Notes: a model not told the origin generated them from the sequence alone. Positions 11,001 to 21,404 are shown, counted from the stretch's first letter. The stretch: DNA of 64,000 bases from Longimicrobiales bacterium (GCA_965238005.1 OZ250165.1:4775170-4839169); one strand, 5' to 3'. A program made the numbers and translations.

Positions 11001-11653
11001 TCGATTGTCTCCGTCTCCTCGGCCACGACCGAAACGACTTGCACCTGCTCGAACAGGTTGACGCAGTTCGCAGCCACCTCTGTAATAGTGACGCCGTAGT
11101 TACCGGGCTCCAGCTCCTCGTAGATCACCGACCCGGACGTACCCACCTCGAACTCATCGATGAGGGCGTCGAAGTTCTCGTCCCATAGCCCGATGAAGTA
11201 GCCGTCGGGGTCGAGGTCCAATCCGGTGGTGGAGAGGCTGACCCTGATAGCCCCGGTCAGCAGCTTGACTGTTGCCTGCGCCGAGGCGCTCGCCGTTTCC
11301 CCGCTCGCGTTGATTGCGAAGACCTGACCGGTGTAAGTAGCGCCGGGCGTCAGTCCGGTGAAGTCGGCGAACACGGCCGTGGCGCCAACTGTCTGCGTGC
11401 GCGTCGCCTCGTCGGGCGTCACCAGAGTGACCCTGTGGGAGGTGGCCCCGGAGCCCGGCGTCCAGGTGACCCGAATCGCCAGCCCTTGGACAGTCAGCGT
11501 GACGCCCGTCGGTGCACCCGGTGGTTGTGGTTGCGGCGGTGTGTCCGTGCCGGGGCACAGGGGGCCCGAGACGCAGCCCCCCTCGCTGCCACACGACATG
11601 GTTAGACACACGAGTGCGAAAGCGACCGACCAACGCAACGGAGAGTTTTTCAT
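10931..11653 (-). CDS. Lipoprotein with FN3 domain, probably 3'-truncated
   Basis: Lipobox LTMS-C, PGAPTGV..VTWTP..FTGLTPGATY FN3 domain, TTGLDLDPDGY repeat module; the C-terminus runs into an unrelated fragment near 11000. Confidence 0.7.
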   Translation of the reverse strand: MKNSPLRWSVAFALVCLTMSCGSEGGCVSGPLCPGTDTPPQPQPPGAPTGVTLTVQGLAIRVTWTPGSGATSHRVTLVTPDEATRTQTVGATAVFADFTGLTPGATYTGQVFAINASGETASASAQATVKLLTGAIRVSLSTTGLDLDPDGYFIGLWDENFDALIDEFEVGTSGSVIYEELEPGNYGVTITEVAANCVNLFEQVQVVSVVAEETETIDEVVSPQHSGNSTAQIGGWRNTA

Positions 11654-11748
11654 GGTAAGGCGGGTTCGAGTTCTATCGAGGCCAAGTCCCCCTCAGTACT
11701 TAAAAAGGGTATACCGGTTCCGGTTTGCTGGACAAGTCGGCGGCCTAA

Positions 11749-12690
11749 TCAAGCCGCCTTCAGGGTGAGCTCCTGACGGACCTGGGCCGGGGTCCGATAC
11801 CCATGCCGCTCTAGGAGCCACCCGCGGTTGTAGCGTTCGATAAACGCGTCGATCTCCTGTCTGGCCTCCTCGAGACTCTTGAAGTCGTGGAGGTACAAGC
11901 ACTCCTCCTTCAGCGTCCGCATGAAGCGCTCTGCGACGCCGTTGCACTCCGGCTCTCCCACGTACGAGGCCGTCGAGCGGATCCCGAGCCAGGCCAGCTC
12001 CCCCTGGAACTGATGCGCCGTGTACTGCGGTCCCCAGTCGTGCCGTAGGCCGAGCCCCAGAGCGATCTTGGGCGCGTAGTCGTCCATGTGGGTCCGTACG
12101 CCCTGGCGGATCGGCTCGAGCGCTGCCCACCGATCGCCCTTCTTCGCCACGTGCCAGCCCACCACGTCCGTGACGCAGTGATCCACCGCCACGAAAAACC
12201 AGCACCACCCATCCTCCTTCGTGTAGAACCGCGTCGCGTCCGTGCCCCACAGCTCGTTCGGCACGTCCGTCGTGATCCGGCCACTGTGGCTCCGGTCCCC
12301 ATGCGGATGCTTCCCGCGTCGTACAGGGGCCAGCAGCCCATTCTCCCGCATCAGCCTGAGCACGCGGTTCTTGCCCACATGGATCCCCTTCGGCCTCAGG
12401 CGCGCCCTCACCTTTCGATGACCCTCGCCCAGGAAGTCGCTCTGCTTCAGCACCTGTCGGATCTCCTCTACCAACTCCTCGTCGCTCAGCTTCGTCTTCG
12501 GTCCTCGTTTCTTCGGCTCTGCCGGCCCCTCGCTCTCTTCTCGATCCCGGGCCGCATAGACCGTCGAGCGCCCCACCCGCCAGGCCTCGCAGATCATCGT
12601 CAGAGGGTAGGGCCGCCCGGTCCCCGGACTCACTCGCGTCCACGCTTCAAGAGCGTCCGTAGCTCGTCCCCGTACCCCCTTTTTTCCAGG
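11749..12690 (-). CDS. IS3 OrfB DDE transposase (rve core)
   Basis: WGTDAT, LRHDWGPQY, NGVAERFMRTLKEE; lies in the -1 frame to orfA, overlapping at an A6G5 run (12676-12685). Confidence 0.85.
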   Translation of the reverse strand, partial: PGKKGVRGRATDALEAWTRVSPGTGRPYPLTMICEAWRVGRSTVYAARDREESEGPAEPKKRGPKTKLSDEELVEEIRQVLKQSDFLGEGHRKVRARLRPKGIHVGKNRVLRLMRENGLLAPVRRGKHPHGDRSHSGRITTDVPNELWGTDATRFYTKEDGWCWFFVAVDHCVTDVVGWHVAKKGDRWAALEPIRQGVRTHMDDYAPKIALGLGLRHDWGPQYTAHQFQGELAWLGIRSTASYVGEPECNGVAERFMRTLKEECLYLHDFKSLEEARQEIDAFIERYNRGWLLERHGYRTPAQVRQELTLKAA

Positions 12691-12989
12691 AGCTCTCTCG
12701 CAAGCTCCAGTCGCATCGTCAACTCTCCCAGCTTCGCCTGGGTCCGGGTCAGCTCTCGTTCTCCAGGGTCCCGGCCCCGGCGCCTCAGCCCCTGCTGACC
12801 GGTCTCCAGAAACACCCGCCGCCATTCCTCCAACTCCGGTGGTGAGACCTGCACCTCGCGGCTGACCTCCACCAGATCCTCCCCCCGCAGCAGGCGCAGC
12901 ACCACCTCCGTCTTATGCTGTGCGCTCCACCGCTCGGGTACCTTCTCACGACCTTCGGTCGCCTTCTTTTCCCTCGGCTTCTGGGCCAT
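12630..12989 (-). CDS. IS3 OrfA (HTH)
   Basis: RWSAQHKTEVVLRLLRGE..VSRE..LEEWR HTH followed by the coiled segment KLGELTMRLEL. Confidence 0.85.
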   Translation of the reverse strand: MAQKPREKKATEGREKVPERWSAQHKTEVVLRLLRGEDLVEVSREVQVSPPELEEWRRVFLETGQQGLRRRGRDPGERELTRTQAKLGELTMRLELARELLEKRGYGDELRTLLKRGRE

Positions 12990-13059
12990 CACGTCCCTTT
13001 CTCTCTGGACCCGCTCTCTTTGCCAATCTACTGTCCAGAGAAACCGGGGGGCTGTCTCA

Positions 13060-13691
13060 ACCTGACGCTGGCGGCTCCCGGAGTGAACCGTAGCCAGAAG
13101 GGTGCCCGCGACGCCACCGATTGGCTTCCCGATCAGAACACTTGTTGGTTCGCTGGTCGCGTCATCGCGGTTCGTCAAAAGTACCGGCTCACCATCGACC
13201 GGCGCGAAGCCGATACCCTTGAGCGCGTACTGGCTGGTTGCACCTCGACCAGCTTGGTCGTGGTGGGTCGTGGCACCGTTCCACCCGCCTCTGCTGGCGA
13301 CTCCCCTGACGTCGTCGGCACGGACAGCGCTGCGCTCGCCCAATGGGATGACAACGGCAACGGCCAGATCGCCTGCGCCGAGGCCCGCGCACACGGGATC
13401 GCGCCGGTGCCCCGCGGGCATCCCGCCTATCAGTACATGCGCGATGCTGACGGGGACGGCATCGTGTGCGAAACGGACGGCCGTGCGGACAGGGGCAGCA
13501 CCGCGCGCCAAGTGCCGGTACCCTCGACGGTAACCCGGGGTGGATACGCGCTCAGTCAGTACGACGATAACGGCAACGGCCGGATCACCTGCGCTGAGGC
13601 CCGCGCACATGGGATTGCACCGGTGCCCCGCGGTCATCCCGCCTATCAGTACATGCGCGATGCTGACGGGGACGGCATCGTGTGCGAGTGA
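13060..13691 (+). pseudogene. 5'-truncated HNH (DUF1524-like) secreted nuclease with two Excalibur Ca-binding domains
   Basis: NLTLA..VNRSQKGARDATDWLP..CWFAGRVIAVRQKYRLT is the nuclease C-terminus; two DDNGNG.I.CAEAR..YQYMRDADGDGIVCE repeats; cut by IS3 at 13059. Confidence 0.75.
13347..13687 (+). repeat. 125-bp direct repeat (13347-13471 and 13563-13687) encoding the duplicated Excalibur domain
   Basis: Near-identical nucleotide copies with identical 3' halves. Confidence 0.9.
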
Positions 13692-13814
13692 AAGCGACGA
13701 TCTAGCCTATCCGCCACGATGGAACGCTTGGTCCCGGATCACTCACCTGTTTGATCAATCGCCGAGACTGCTGTCCGCCCGCCCGCGCCCTCTTCTCCCT
13801 GTCAGGAGGATCCG

Positions 13815-14291
13815 ATGTCACTCGCAGACCAGGCGGTCGCCGAACTCGAGAGCACTGAGCAATTCTTCAACCGCTCGACCCGCTCGCTCACCGAAGAGCA
13901 CTCGGGTGTGAAGCCCACGCCAGATGTGATGACCGCCGCGCAGCAGGTGGCCCACGCGGCCCAGACGATCGACTGGTTCATCGAAGGCGCGTTTCGGCGT
14001 GAAGGTTTCGACACGAACTTCCAGGCTCACGCCAAGGCCATCGAGAACTGCACGTCGCTCACCGACGCGCGGGCTTGGTTTGCCAAGGCGGTGGCCGTTG
14101 CCAAGGCCACGCTGTCCTCCAAGAGCAACGCGGAGTTGACGGCGCCGATCGCCGACGGGCCGATCATGGGCGGCGCACCCCGCATGGCCATCATCAGCGC
14201 CATCACCGACCACACCGCGCACCATCGCGGCGCGCTGACCGTCTACGCGCGCGTCAGCGGGCTCGTGCCGCCCATGCCGTACATGGACTAG
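13815..14291 (+). CDS. DinB family protein
   Basis: 158 aa; QQVAH and DHTAHHRGALTVYAR..PMPY motifs; AGGAGG RBS. Confidence 0.85.
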   Translation: MSLADQAVAELESTEQFFNRSTRSLTEEHSGVKPTPDVMTAAQQVAHAAQTIDWFIEGAFRREGFDTNFQAHAKAIENCTSLTDARAWFAKAVAVAKATLSSKSNAELTAPIADGPIMGGAPRMAIISAITDHTAHHRGALTVYARVSGLVPPMPYMD

Positions 14292-14400
14292 TAGGGCCGT
14301 CCTCGTCGCTGCCGGTGAGAATCCTGGATAACCCGAGCCTGGGCTATCCCTCCCGCGTTTCGGAGCCTGTCAACCCGGATGAGACACTTGGGGGAATCAA

Positions 14401-15159
14401 TTAGAGAGCAATCTCCTGTGTAGTGAGGGTGGGGCTTGGAGGATTGATCCAGACGGCCTCCGGGAGTGGTTTAGGCTTCGGCTCACCGGAGACGAAGCGG
14501 TCGGGATGAGCGGCCCATGCCTCGCGGAGCACGGCCTTCCTGCGGGCGATGACCTGATAGGCGAAACCGAAGTGGACCTGTTCGGGGGTCAGCATGGAGA
14601 TGCCGCCATGGCGGTGCTCGGCATTATACCAACGGAAGAACGAGCGACAGAAGGTCTTGGCCTGATTCTGATCCCCGAACCGCCCGGGAAAGGAGGGATG
14701 GTACTTCAAGGTCTTGAACTGAGTCTCGGAGAACGGATTGTCATCCGAGACCTGGGGTCGGCTCAACGAGCGGGTCACGCCGAGATCGGCGAGTAGCTGA
14801 GCCGTGCATTGGCTCGTCATGGGAGCCCCTCGATCCGAGTGCAGCGTCAGGATCTGCGGCTGGACACCATGCTTCAGGCAACTCTGTTGGATCAGCCTGC
14901 CGGCCAGGGAAGAGTTTTCCCGATCCGCCACCATCCAGCCCACGACGTAGCGGCTGAAGATGTCCAGGATCACGTAGAGGTAGAAGTAGCTCCACTTCTT
15001 CGGCCCCAGTAGCCGGGTGATGTCCCAGGACCAGACCTGGTTCGGGCCTGTCGCCATCAACTCGGGCTTCTGGTACTCGGGATGGCTCCGCTGCGCTCGG
15101 CGTTCCTGAACCGGCACCTCGGAGGCCAGAACGCGATACATCGTACGCTCGCTGCACAG
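14401..15159 (-). pseudogene. IS3-family transposase, 5'-truncated
   Basis: PNQVWSWDIT, LDIFSRYVVGW, LHSDRG, DDNPFSETQFKTLKY; N-terminus replaced by unrelated sequence. Confidence 0.85.
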
Positions 15160-15461
15160 GAAGCAGGCGCGCGACACCGGGAGGAAGGACTGCAACGACT
15201 GTCCCATCAATATCGTCAAGCGCCATCGGCTCCAGCGATACGATCCGTGGCTGCGAGCTGACCAGCTCACAGACGGACGAAGTGTTCGCGCGCACGTGCG
15301 GGTTCGAGATCGTCAAGGCTGCGAGATCTACTTGTTCAGCGACGAGCCAGCGCCATCGGGATGGCGCAGGCCGCGCCAGCGTACGGGGCGAGTACACCCG
15401 ATGGCAACGCACCGGCGCCATCATCCGGGAGCGCCAGCCCAATGTGAAAGAACCGACCGGT

Positions 15462-15560
15462 TCAGCTTATCGAGTCTCCGCCGGACAGGTAGGCCGCCCA
15501 GTCGTTCATGAGCCGGCGCCGGCGGTCGAACAGGTCCGTGCGCCGATAGGCCGCCTCGGC
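15462..15560 (-). pseudogene. 3'-terminal fragment of a P4-type tyrosine integrase
   Basis: Translates AEAAYRRTDLFDRRRRLMNDWAAYLSGGDSIS*, nearly identical to the C-terminus of 49576-50793. Confidence 0.9.
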
Positions 15561-15566
15561 AGAGTA

Positions 15567-15695
15567 CAGATGGTGTGAATCACGGCAAGTACTCGTCTAA
15601 GTTCAATCAGGACTGCACGATCTGCCGCACTTGCCGATGGCCGATGGCTGATTGCAGCGTACCGAAATGGCGGGAAAACGGCATTGAATGGCGGG
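15567..15695 (-). repeat. Conserved non-coding element (other copies at 48861-48954 and, internally deleted, 26261-26294)
   Basis: The reverse complement of 15601-15695 aligns to 48861-48954 in two blocks (30/34 identities, and 36 nt with 3 mismatches plus 1 gap). Confidence 0.8.
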
Positions 15696-15724
15696 AATCC
15701 CGGTCGTATCAGATCCCGTGTCCC

Positions 15725-16217
15725 TCACACGCCGAATTGGCGAAGATGATAGTCAAGGTGTCTCCAGCAGAGCAGACCCCATTCCTCACCCGAGACTTGC
15801 CCGAAGACCGGATGTGTACCCCACTTTTCCGAAGAATCTTTCTGGCCCACACGGTCCACCAAGGCATGGAGTGCCGCGACGTCGTCACGCCATTCGGCTG
15901 AAGACGTCGTCAACATCTCTGGGGGAGCGCCGATCCATGCTCTCGGCCACGGCAGCCAGTGGGACCAAGACTCGTCGGAAGCATCTGAACCTGAGGAGTC
16001 CCGGTGTCACCTTTACTTCCCGAGTGCCGAATCTCAGCCGGAGCGGTCCTGCATGCACCTTGAGATCGCCGAGTGCGACCCATAACTGATCGGCGTCGTG
16101 GCAGACCATCTCTCTCGCAGTCATAGTACCCCATCACCGGATGCTCTCTGGCGAAAGTCGGTCGATTCGTGCGTGGATCGCCGCTCGCGCCGATTGTCCG
16201 AACAGGGTAGTGCTCAT
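15725..16217 (-). pseudogene. DUF1569/DinB-like protein pseudogene
   Basis: MSTTLF..RIDRLSPES.R*WGTMTAREMVCH (in-frame stop), then a frameshift, then HPVFG..EEWGLL..HLDYHLRQFGV. Confidence 0.8.
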
Positions 16218-16402
16218 GAGCCTTCAGCGCCTCCAGTGAGCGTGCCAGCGGTTCGAGCGCGAACTGTTGAGACGGCATCCACCGGCAAACCCGGGGCGGT
16301 TCAGTTCCTGTTAGTGCTCTCCAGGGCACCGCGCCAATCGGACCGCCCGGGTCTGAGGGCGATTGTGTGCGGAAGGGAGTTATCGCAAGCCGCTCCGTCT
16401 CT

Positions 16403-16486
16403 GGCCATCCCGCCCTCGCCAAGCTCACGCTCGACGCGGTAGCGGCCTTCGAGGGCAGCGTTCGGGCGGGTAATGGGGTCGGTCAT
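16403..16486 (-). pseudogene. First 28 codons of a Ser/Thr protein kinase
   Basis: MTDPITRPNAALEGRYRVERELGEGGMA (Gly-rich loop), then homology is lost. Confidence 0.75.
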
Positions 16487-16581
16487 GGCAGATTTCTAAA
16501 GTCGTTCCCGTCCACAAAGTGGGGCTCGAACTCCCCACGCCCGGACAAGCTGTAAGCACGAACTTCGACGCGGTCTTCTGC

Positions 16582-18159
16582 TTACGGTTCGTCGGCTTTC
16601 ACCAACTCCTCTACCTCAACAACCTTCGTCTCCGTGGGTTCCGACCGGGCCGAATTGCGGATGACTTTGCCCAACACTGCCGGCAACTCAATGCCCGCCT
16701 GCTCGGCCAGCTCGTGGATCGCCGGCAGCGACCCGATCAAGCTCGACAGAAAATCGGCCGTCCCACCGCCGTGCTTCGATCCACGACCACCGTTCCCCGA
16801 ATCCCACACAGTGATCTTGTCGATCTTGAGGTTCTGAATCGCCTTCACCTGCTCGGCGACCAAGGTAGGAAGCTGCTCGATCATGAGCAGAGTCGGAGCG
16901 ATCTGCGGATTCCCGGCGCAGGCCTCGACCAGTCTCTGGTACCCCGCGGCCTTGGCCTCCAGCACCTTTTGCGTACCCTCCGCCTCGGCCACGAATTTGG
17001 CCAGCATCGCGTCGGCCTCACCGCGCGCCTCGCGCCGCAGTTGCTCCGCAGTCGCCTCGGCCTTGATCTCGACCCGCTCTTTCTCGATCTCCTGAGGCGC
17101 CAGTTCGTCTTTGCCCAAGCGGGCGATCTCCTGCTCGCGCTGAGCCCCGAAGATCGCCTCGTCCGCCTGTGCGGCCGCGATCTCAGCCCTGCGCTTCGCC
17201 TCGGCCCGCACCTCTGCGAGCTGGGCGTTTGAGTTCGCGATCTCTCCCTGTGACGAGTTCTCGCCCTGAACCGCCGTCGACTCCGCCGCGGCAACCTGCA
17301 CCCGCTGCTCCTGCTCCGCGTTCTTCTTAGCGGCGATGGTCTCGGCTTCCCGCTCGGCGGTTGCGATCTCGTAGTCGCGCTTCGACTTCACCTCGCCCTC
17401 AATCGCGGTCGCCTCCAGCGCAGCCACGCGCACGCGCTGATCGCGCTGGGCATCCTTCTGCCCGGTAGCGCCGTCGCGATCCTGCTGGGCGACCTCCACC
17501 TTGGCGCGATTGATCGCCTCCGCCGCCGCACGTTTCCCGATGGCTTCGATGTAGCCACTCTCGTCGGTGATGTCACGGACGTTCACGTTGATCAGCGCGA
17601 GCCCCACCTTGTTGATCTCCTCGGCTACGTTCGTGTTGATGAGATTCATGAACTTCTCGCGGTCCTTGTTAATCTCTTCGATCGACAGGGTCGCAATGAC
17701 CAGCCGCAACTGACCCAGAATGATGTCCTGGGCTTGCTCGCGAATCTGGTTCTCATCCAGGTGCAGTAGTCTTTCCGCTGCTGAGTTCATGAGCACCGGG
17801 TCGGTGGAAATGCCCACCGTGAACGTCGAGGGAACGTTCACCCGGATGTTGTTGAGCGACAGCGCTCCTTCCAGGGGGATATCGATGACCAGCGGCTCGA
17901 GAGGCAAGAACGCGTAGTCCTGCAACAGCGGGATTATGAACTTGCCGCCGCCGTGGAGGCACTGTGCCGCCTGTGCGCCCGCGACCCTCCCATAGATGAC
18001 CAGGATCCTGTTGGAAGGACAGCGCTTGTATTGCTTCACCAAGAACGAGATGCCGAAGAAGAGGATAAGCAGACCCCCACCTATCAAGCCGAGCCACACC
18101 CTCGAATCGCCCTCGAACGCGCCCACTTGGAGGAGTGCCACCGTGGCGAACAGGAACAT
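16582..18159 (-). CDS. Flotillin / SPFH-domain protein
   Basis: N-terminal TM helix, YKRCPSNRILVIYG, SPFH core (IILGQLR..IEEINKDR), EA-rich coiled coil, KIDKITVWD. Confidence 0.93.
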   Translation of the reverse strand: MFLFATVALLQVGAFEGDSRVWLGLIGGGLLILFFGISFLVKQYKRCPSNRILVIYGRVAGAQAAQCLHGGGKFIIPLLQDYAFLPLEPLVIDIPLEGALSLNNIRVNVPSTFTVGISTDPVLMNSAAERLLHLDENQIREQAQDIILGQLRLVIATLSIEEINKDREKFMNLINTNVAEEINKVGLALINVNVRDITDESGYIEAIGKRAAAEAINRAKVEVAQQDRDGATGQKDAQRDQRVRVAALEATAIEGEVKSKRDYEIATAEREAETIAAKKNAEQEQRVQVAAAESTAVQGENSSQGEIANSNAQLAEVRAEAKRRAEIAAAQADEAIFGAQREQEIARLGKDELAPQEIEKERVEIKAEATAEQLRREARGEADAMLAKFVAEAEGTQKVLEAKAAGYQRLVEACAGNPQIAPTLLMIEQLPTLVAEQVKAIQNLKIDKITVWDSGNGGRGSKHGGGTADFLSSLIGSLPAIHELAEQAGIELPAVLGKVIRNSARSEPTETKVVEVEELVKADEP

Positions 18160-18180
18160 CGTGTTATCCCCCTCTGGAGT

Positions 18181-18786
18181 TCATGCCTTCGTTACTGTTA
18201 CTGAGTTGTCCTCATTTATGCTCACGACGCGGACCTTCTCGCTCCGGGGCAGTGCCTCGCCCTCCGTGATCGCTTTGTAGAACCGTTGGCGGTCGTCGAT
18301 CAGGACACGCACGCGCCCCTTCCCGAGACCCTTGGCGGGGATCTTCGCGTACACCGTGCCCTCCGCCTCCAGGGTCTGGTATATGGGCACGTTGCCGCTG
18401 CTCTGGAGGCCATACATGGCCGTGAGCAATTTCGCGAGGAACCAAACCATGCCCGTTCCACACGCCACCGCGAAGACGACGCTGATCGTGCCCCCCCAGC
18501 CTCCGCCGCGGAACGCACCCAGCCCTCCCCAGCCAAAGCCCATCAGAAAAGCAGCGATCGCCTGGACGGACAGGACCTTGAAGGCGTACGAGGACTCGCC
18601 GTTATCTACGTCGATATCGGCTCCCGCATCGAGATCTACATCGACATCGAAGTCCACATCGACGTCCACGCCCGTATCGGCACCCCCGACGAGCATGAGG
18701 AGCGTACGCAAGGAGAAGAACACGGTGCCGGCAATCGCTGGCACGGTGAACCAGATGGCGACGGGACCGAAAAACAGCTCCTGCAT
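18181..18786 (-). CDS. NfeD-like membrane partner of flotillin
   Basis: TM segments, acidic DVD repeat, AFLMGFGWGG, C-terminal OB fold (GTVYAKIP..GRVRV); directly upstream of the flotillin gene. Confidence 0.85.
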   Translation of the reverse strand: MQELFFGPVAIWFTVPAIAGTVFFSLRTLLMLVGGADTGVDVDVDFDVDVDLDAGADIDVDNGESSYAFKVLSVQAIAAFLMGFGWGGLGAFRGGGWGGTISVVFAVACGTGMVWFLAKLLTAMYGLQSSGNVPIYQTLEAEGTVYAKIPAKGLGKGRVRVLIDDRQRFYKAITEGEALPRSEKVRVVSINEDNSVTVTKA

Positions 18787-18988
18787 ACGGCTTCCATCTC
18801 GGGGGGTGGCGGTTACTGGAGGATACGCGGAGGCCGTGATCCGCCTTCAGAGCATCACGTTAGTCGCCCCCCGAGGGAGCCGCAACCAACGCTGGGCTGC
18901 CTTGCCGCCTTTCTCAGTTCACGCGGGATCCCAACGGGGCTTCAAGGCCGAACGCAGTGTGATGCGGCGAGCCTGTCCGAGGGGACTG

Positions 18989-19068
18989 TGATCTGACCTC
19001 CTTTTCCATGTCTCGACCCGTCCAGAATTCTAAAACTGGACTTGGTCTCGTCTTAGGGGGTCAGATCA
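18989..19068. mobile_element. 80-bp IS3-derived miniature element
   Basis: TGATCTGACCTCCT...AGGGGGTCAGATCA inverted ends (TG..CA); the right end resembles the IS3 end at 26297. No target duplication. Confidence 0.7.
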
Positions 19069-19079
19069 GCCTCGCTGGG

Positions 19080-19193
19080 CAGCTGGCCCACCGGGTCAGG
19101 GACCCCAACGGCCGGGCCTACAACCGGACGGCGTTCCTGCCCGAACGTAGACAGATGATGCAAGCCTGGGCCGACTATCTGGACCGGCTCAGG
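19080..19193 (+). pseudogene. 3'-terminal fragment of a second P4-type integrase subtype
   Basis: QLAHRVRDPNGRAYNRTAFLPERRQMMQAWADYLDRLR, including the catalytic H and Y region. Confidence 0.85.
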
Positions 19194-19219
19194 GTCGGGG
19201 AAGAGATCGAGGCGACTCA

Positions 19220-19490
19220 CGGAACCGGGTACGGGTGTTCCCCGATCCCAAGACCGACCTGTTCCAGATCGAGTGGCGCGAGAACGGGCGCAGGCTCAGC
19301 AGGTCGCTGAAGCACCGCGACTGGGCTCGGGCGAAGAGGCAGGCGGACAAGGTCGCCGCCGACTTCGCGGTCCACGAGCCCGGTGGCAAGGCGGAAGCCG
19401 AACCCGAGCCGCTCACGCTGGGAAGGCTTTTTGACATCTACGGTGAAGAGGTGACGCCCACCAAGGGCGAGCGGACCCGGGGGCGCGACA
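19220..19490 (+). pseudogene. 271-bp N-terminal fragment of the ICE-type integrase
   Basis: Colinear with 53888-53618: RNRVRVFPDPKT..LKHRDW..EPEPLTL..FDIYGEEVTPTKGERTR. Confidence 0.9.
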
Positions 19491-19495
19491 GGGTC

Positions 19496-19783
19496 TGTCC
19501 AGCACCGCATGATCGATTCTTCCCTTGGGCAGGCTTCCCGGATCGCCGGGATCAAATCCTCACGTGCACCGTGCTCATGTTCCCGGACCTCCTTCCTGTT
19601 GGCCTTTGCGGGCCGAAATGATGCGTATGGCGGAGCCGCGCATCGTGTAGATCAGGACGAAAACCCGTCCTTCTATAGCGCCGACAAGCCGGTAGCGATC
19701 CTCTTCGTAATCCCACCGGCGGTCCCGTCCTTCGATCCGGACCGGATCGAGGAACGCTCGGATGGCATACGCGAAATCGAAGC
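19496..19783 (-). pseudogene. Frameshifted internal fragment of a BrnT-type toxin/antitoxin pair
   Basis: The reverse complement aligns with 48085-48370 and carries two +1 insertions. Confidence 0.9.
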
Positions 19784-20122
19784 TGCCTCCTCGGGAGCCG
19801 TCTAGGAGATCCCCGAGGCGGTCCCGCGCCGTCCAGGAGGAGATGACAGCGTCCGGATTCGGGAGCGTGCAACGGCCGTCCTCGGCCGGAGGAGGGCGCT
19901 AACCGGAGAACCGGAGGGCGACAACCGGAGAATCGCAATCTCATAAGTCGTTGCGGCACAACACCCGGACCTCATCTCCACCCCGACTCCGACAGAGGGA
20001 GGGAGGGGGGGGCAGTATGCCGGTCGGCTCGGCTCCCTGGGGGTCGCCGACCGGCGCTCCCTCTGTCAAGCGATTGTGTTTCCGCCGCCTCGAGGACCAC
20101 AGGGAGGAGAGAGAGCCTCTAG

Positions 20123-21404
20123 CCTGGATTTCTCACAGCAATAGGTTGGCATCGGACACGACCCCCTGCTGGCGCTGCTGTCCGGCAAGATCGAGGGCGG
20201 GCGCAAGGGCTGTCGGGCGCTGGCGGGCAAAAGTACGCTGAACCGTCTCGAACACGCGCCCAGGGACGGGAAGCCGGGGCGCTACCACAAGATCACCCAC
20301 GATCCCGAGGCGCTTCAGGCGCTGCTCACCGAGTTGTTCATCGAGTCCTGGCCGGGGCGGCTGCCGCCGTCGCGGCTGGTGCTGGACATCGACTTCGACG
20401 GACGATGCGGCGCACGGTCGCCAGGAGGGCCGCTTCTTCCACGGCTACTACGGCCACTACTGCTTCCTGCCGCTCTACATCTTCTGCGGCAAGCATCCGC
20501 TGTGCGCCGTGCCGCGGCCGGGCAACTCCGGTCCCGCCGCCGGCGCCCTCGAAGCGCTCGGCCGCCTCGTCGCCCGGCTCCGCCGCGAGTGGCCCGGGCT
20601 CGCCATCCTGGTGCGGGCCGACTCCGCCTATGCCCGCGAAGACCTGCTGGCGTGGTGCGAGGACAACGGCGTGGACTACGTCATCGGCGTGGCCAGGAAC
20701 TCGCGGCTCACCGGGAGGATCGGCCCGGAGCTGGCCCGCGCTGGCCAACCGCAAGCTGGCCCGCGAGGGCGGCGACCCGCTCGCCGAGAAGCGCCGTATG
20801 CAGGGCGTGCCGAGCTTCGTCGTCACCTCTCTGCCCCGGACCGTCTCGGCACGGATCGTCTACGAGCGCGTCTACTGCCCCCGGGGCGACATGGAGAACG
20901 CCATCAAGGAGCAGCAGCTCGATCTGTTCTCCGACCGCACCTCCGCCTCCCGCTTCCCCGCCAACCAGCTCCGGCTCCTCTTCGCCGCCCTGCGCCGCGC
21001 TCTCCGCGGCACCCGCCTGGCTCGCGCCACGGCTGGCACGCTCCGCCTCAAGCTCCGCGCGGGTCAACGGTCTCGGTGCGGAGGGTCAAGGTGGCCATGG
21101 ACTCCGCACATCCCCACTCCGCCGCCTTCGCCCGGGTCCACGCCCGATGGCCGGGATAGAGCCCTCGGCCCGACGTGCCGGGCCTCCCCGAAACACACCC
21201 TGTCACTCTCCCTACCGGGACCCGTGCCTCCCGAGGTCACCATCCGACAATCCGCACCGCCCCTGATCGCCGTCCGGGCCCTCGCTGACGCCCTCTCGAA
21301 CCACTCCGCCTGCTTTGCTGACCCCGCTTCGCCGCGCAACCGCCCGAATCCGACCTCAGCCCTGCTGCCGCGGCCTCGTTACGACGCCGTGTGAGAAATC
21401 CGGG
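20123..21404 (+). mobile_element. IS1380-family element, internally deleted
   Basis: Inverted repeats CCTGGATTTCTCACA / TGTGAGAAATCCGGG with a CTAG duplication; transposase remnants LAGKSTLNRLE, FFHGYYGHYCFLPLYIFCG, ILVRADS, RGDMENAIKEQQLDLF. Confidence 0.9.

Larger units (their letters stand above)
11710..13059 (-). mobile_element. IS3-family insertion sequence
   Basis: orfA plus orfB; end TGAGACAGCCCCCCGGTTTCTCTGGACA (13059 inward) matches ..CCGGTTTGCTGGACA at 11720-11734. No target duplication seen. Confidence 0.85.

Noticed and set aside
12630..13637. 335-aa and 258-aa ORFs spanning the IS3 end
   Set aside because: Chimeric frames across the IS boundary at 13059.
13347..13687. Direct repeats as a possible CRISPR array or DGR template/variable repeat
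   Set aside because: In-frame domain duplication with mostly synonymous, non-adenine-specific differences; no reverse transcriptase or cas gene in the window.
15160..15460. Unassigned segment between the IS3 fragment and the integrase tail
   Set aside because: No recognisable motif in any frame.
19991..20067. Hairpin GACAGAGGGAG..CTCCCTCTGTC with a G-run
   Set aside because: A real inverted repeat, but single, with no target duplication or context to assign a function.
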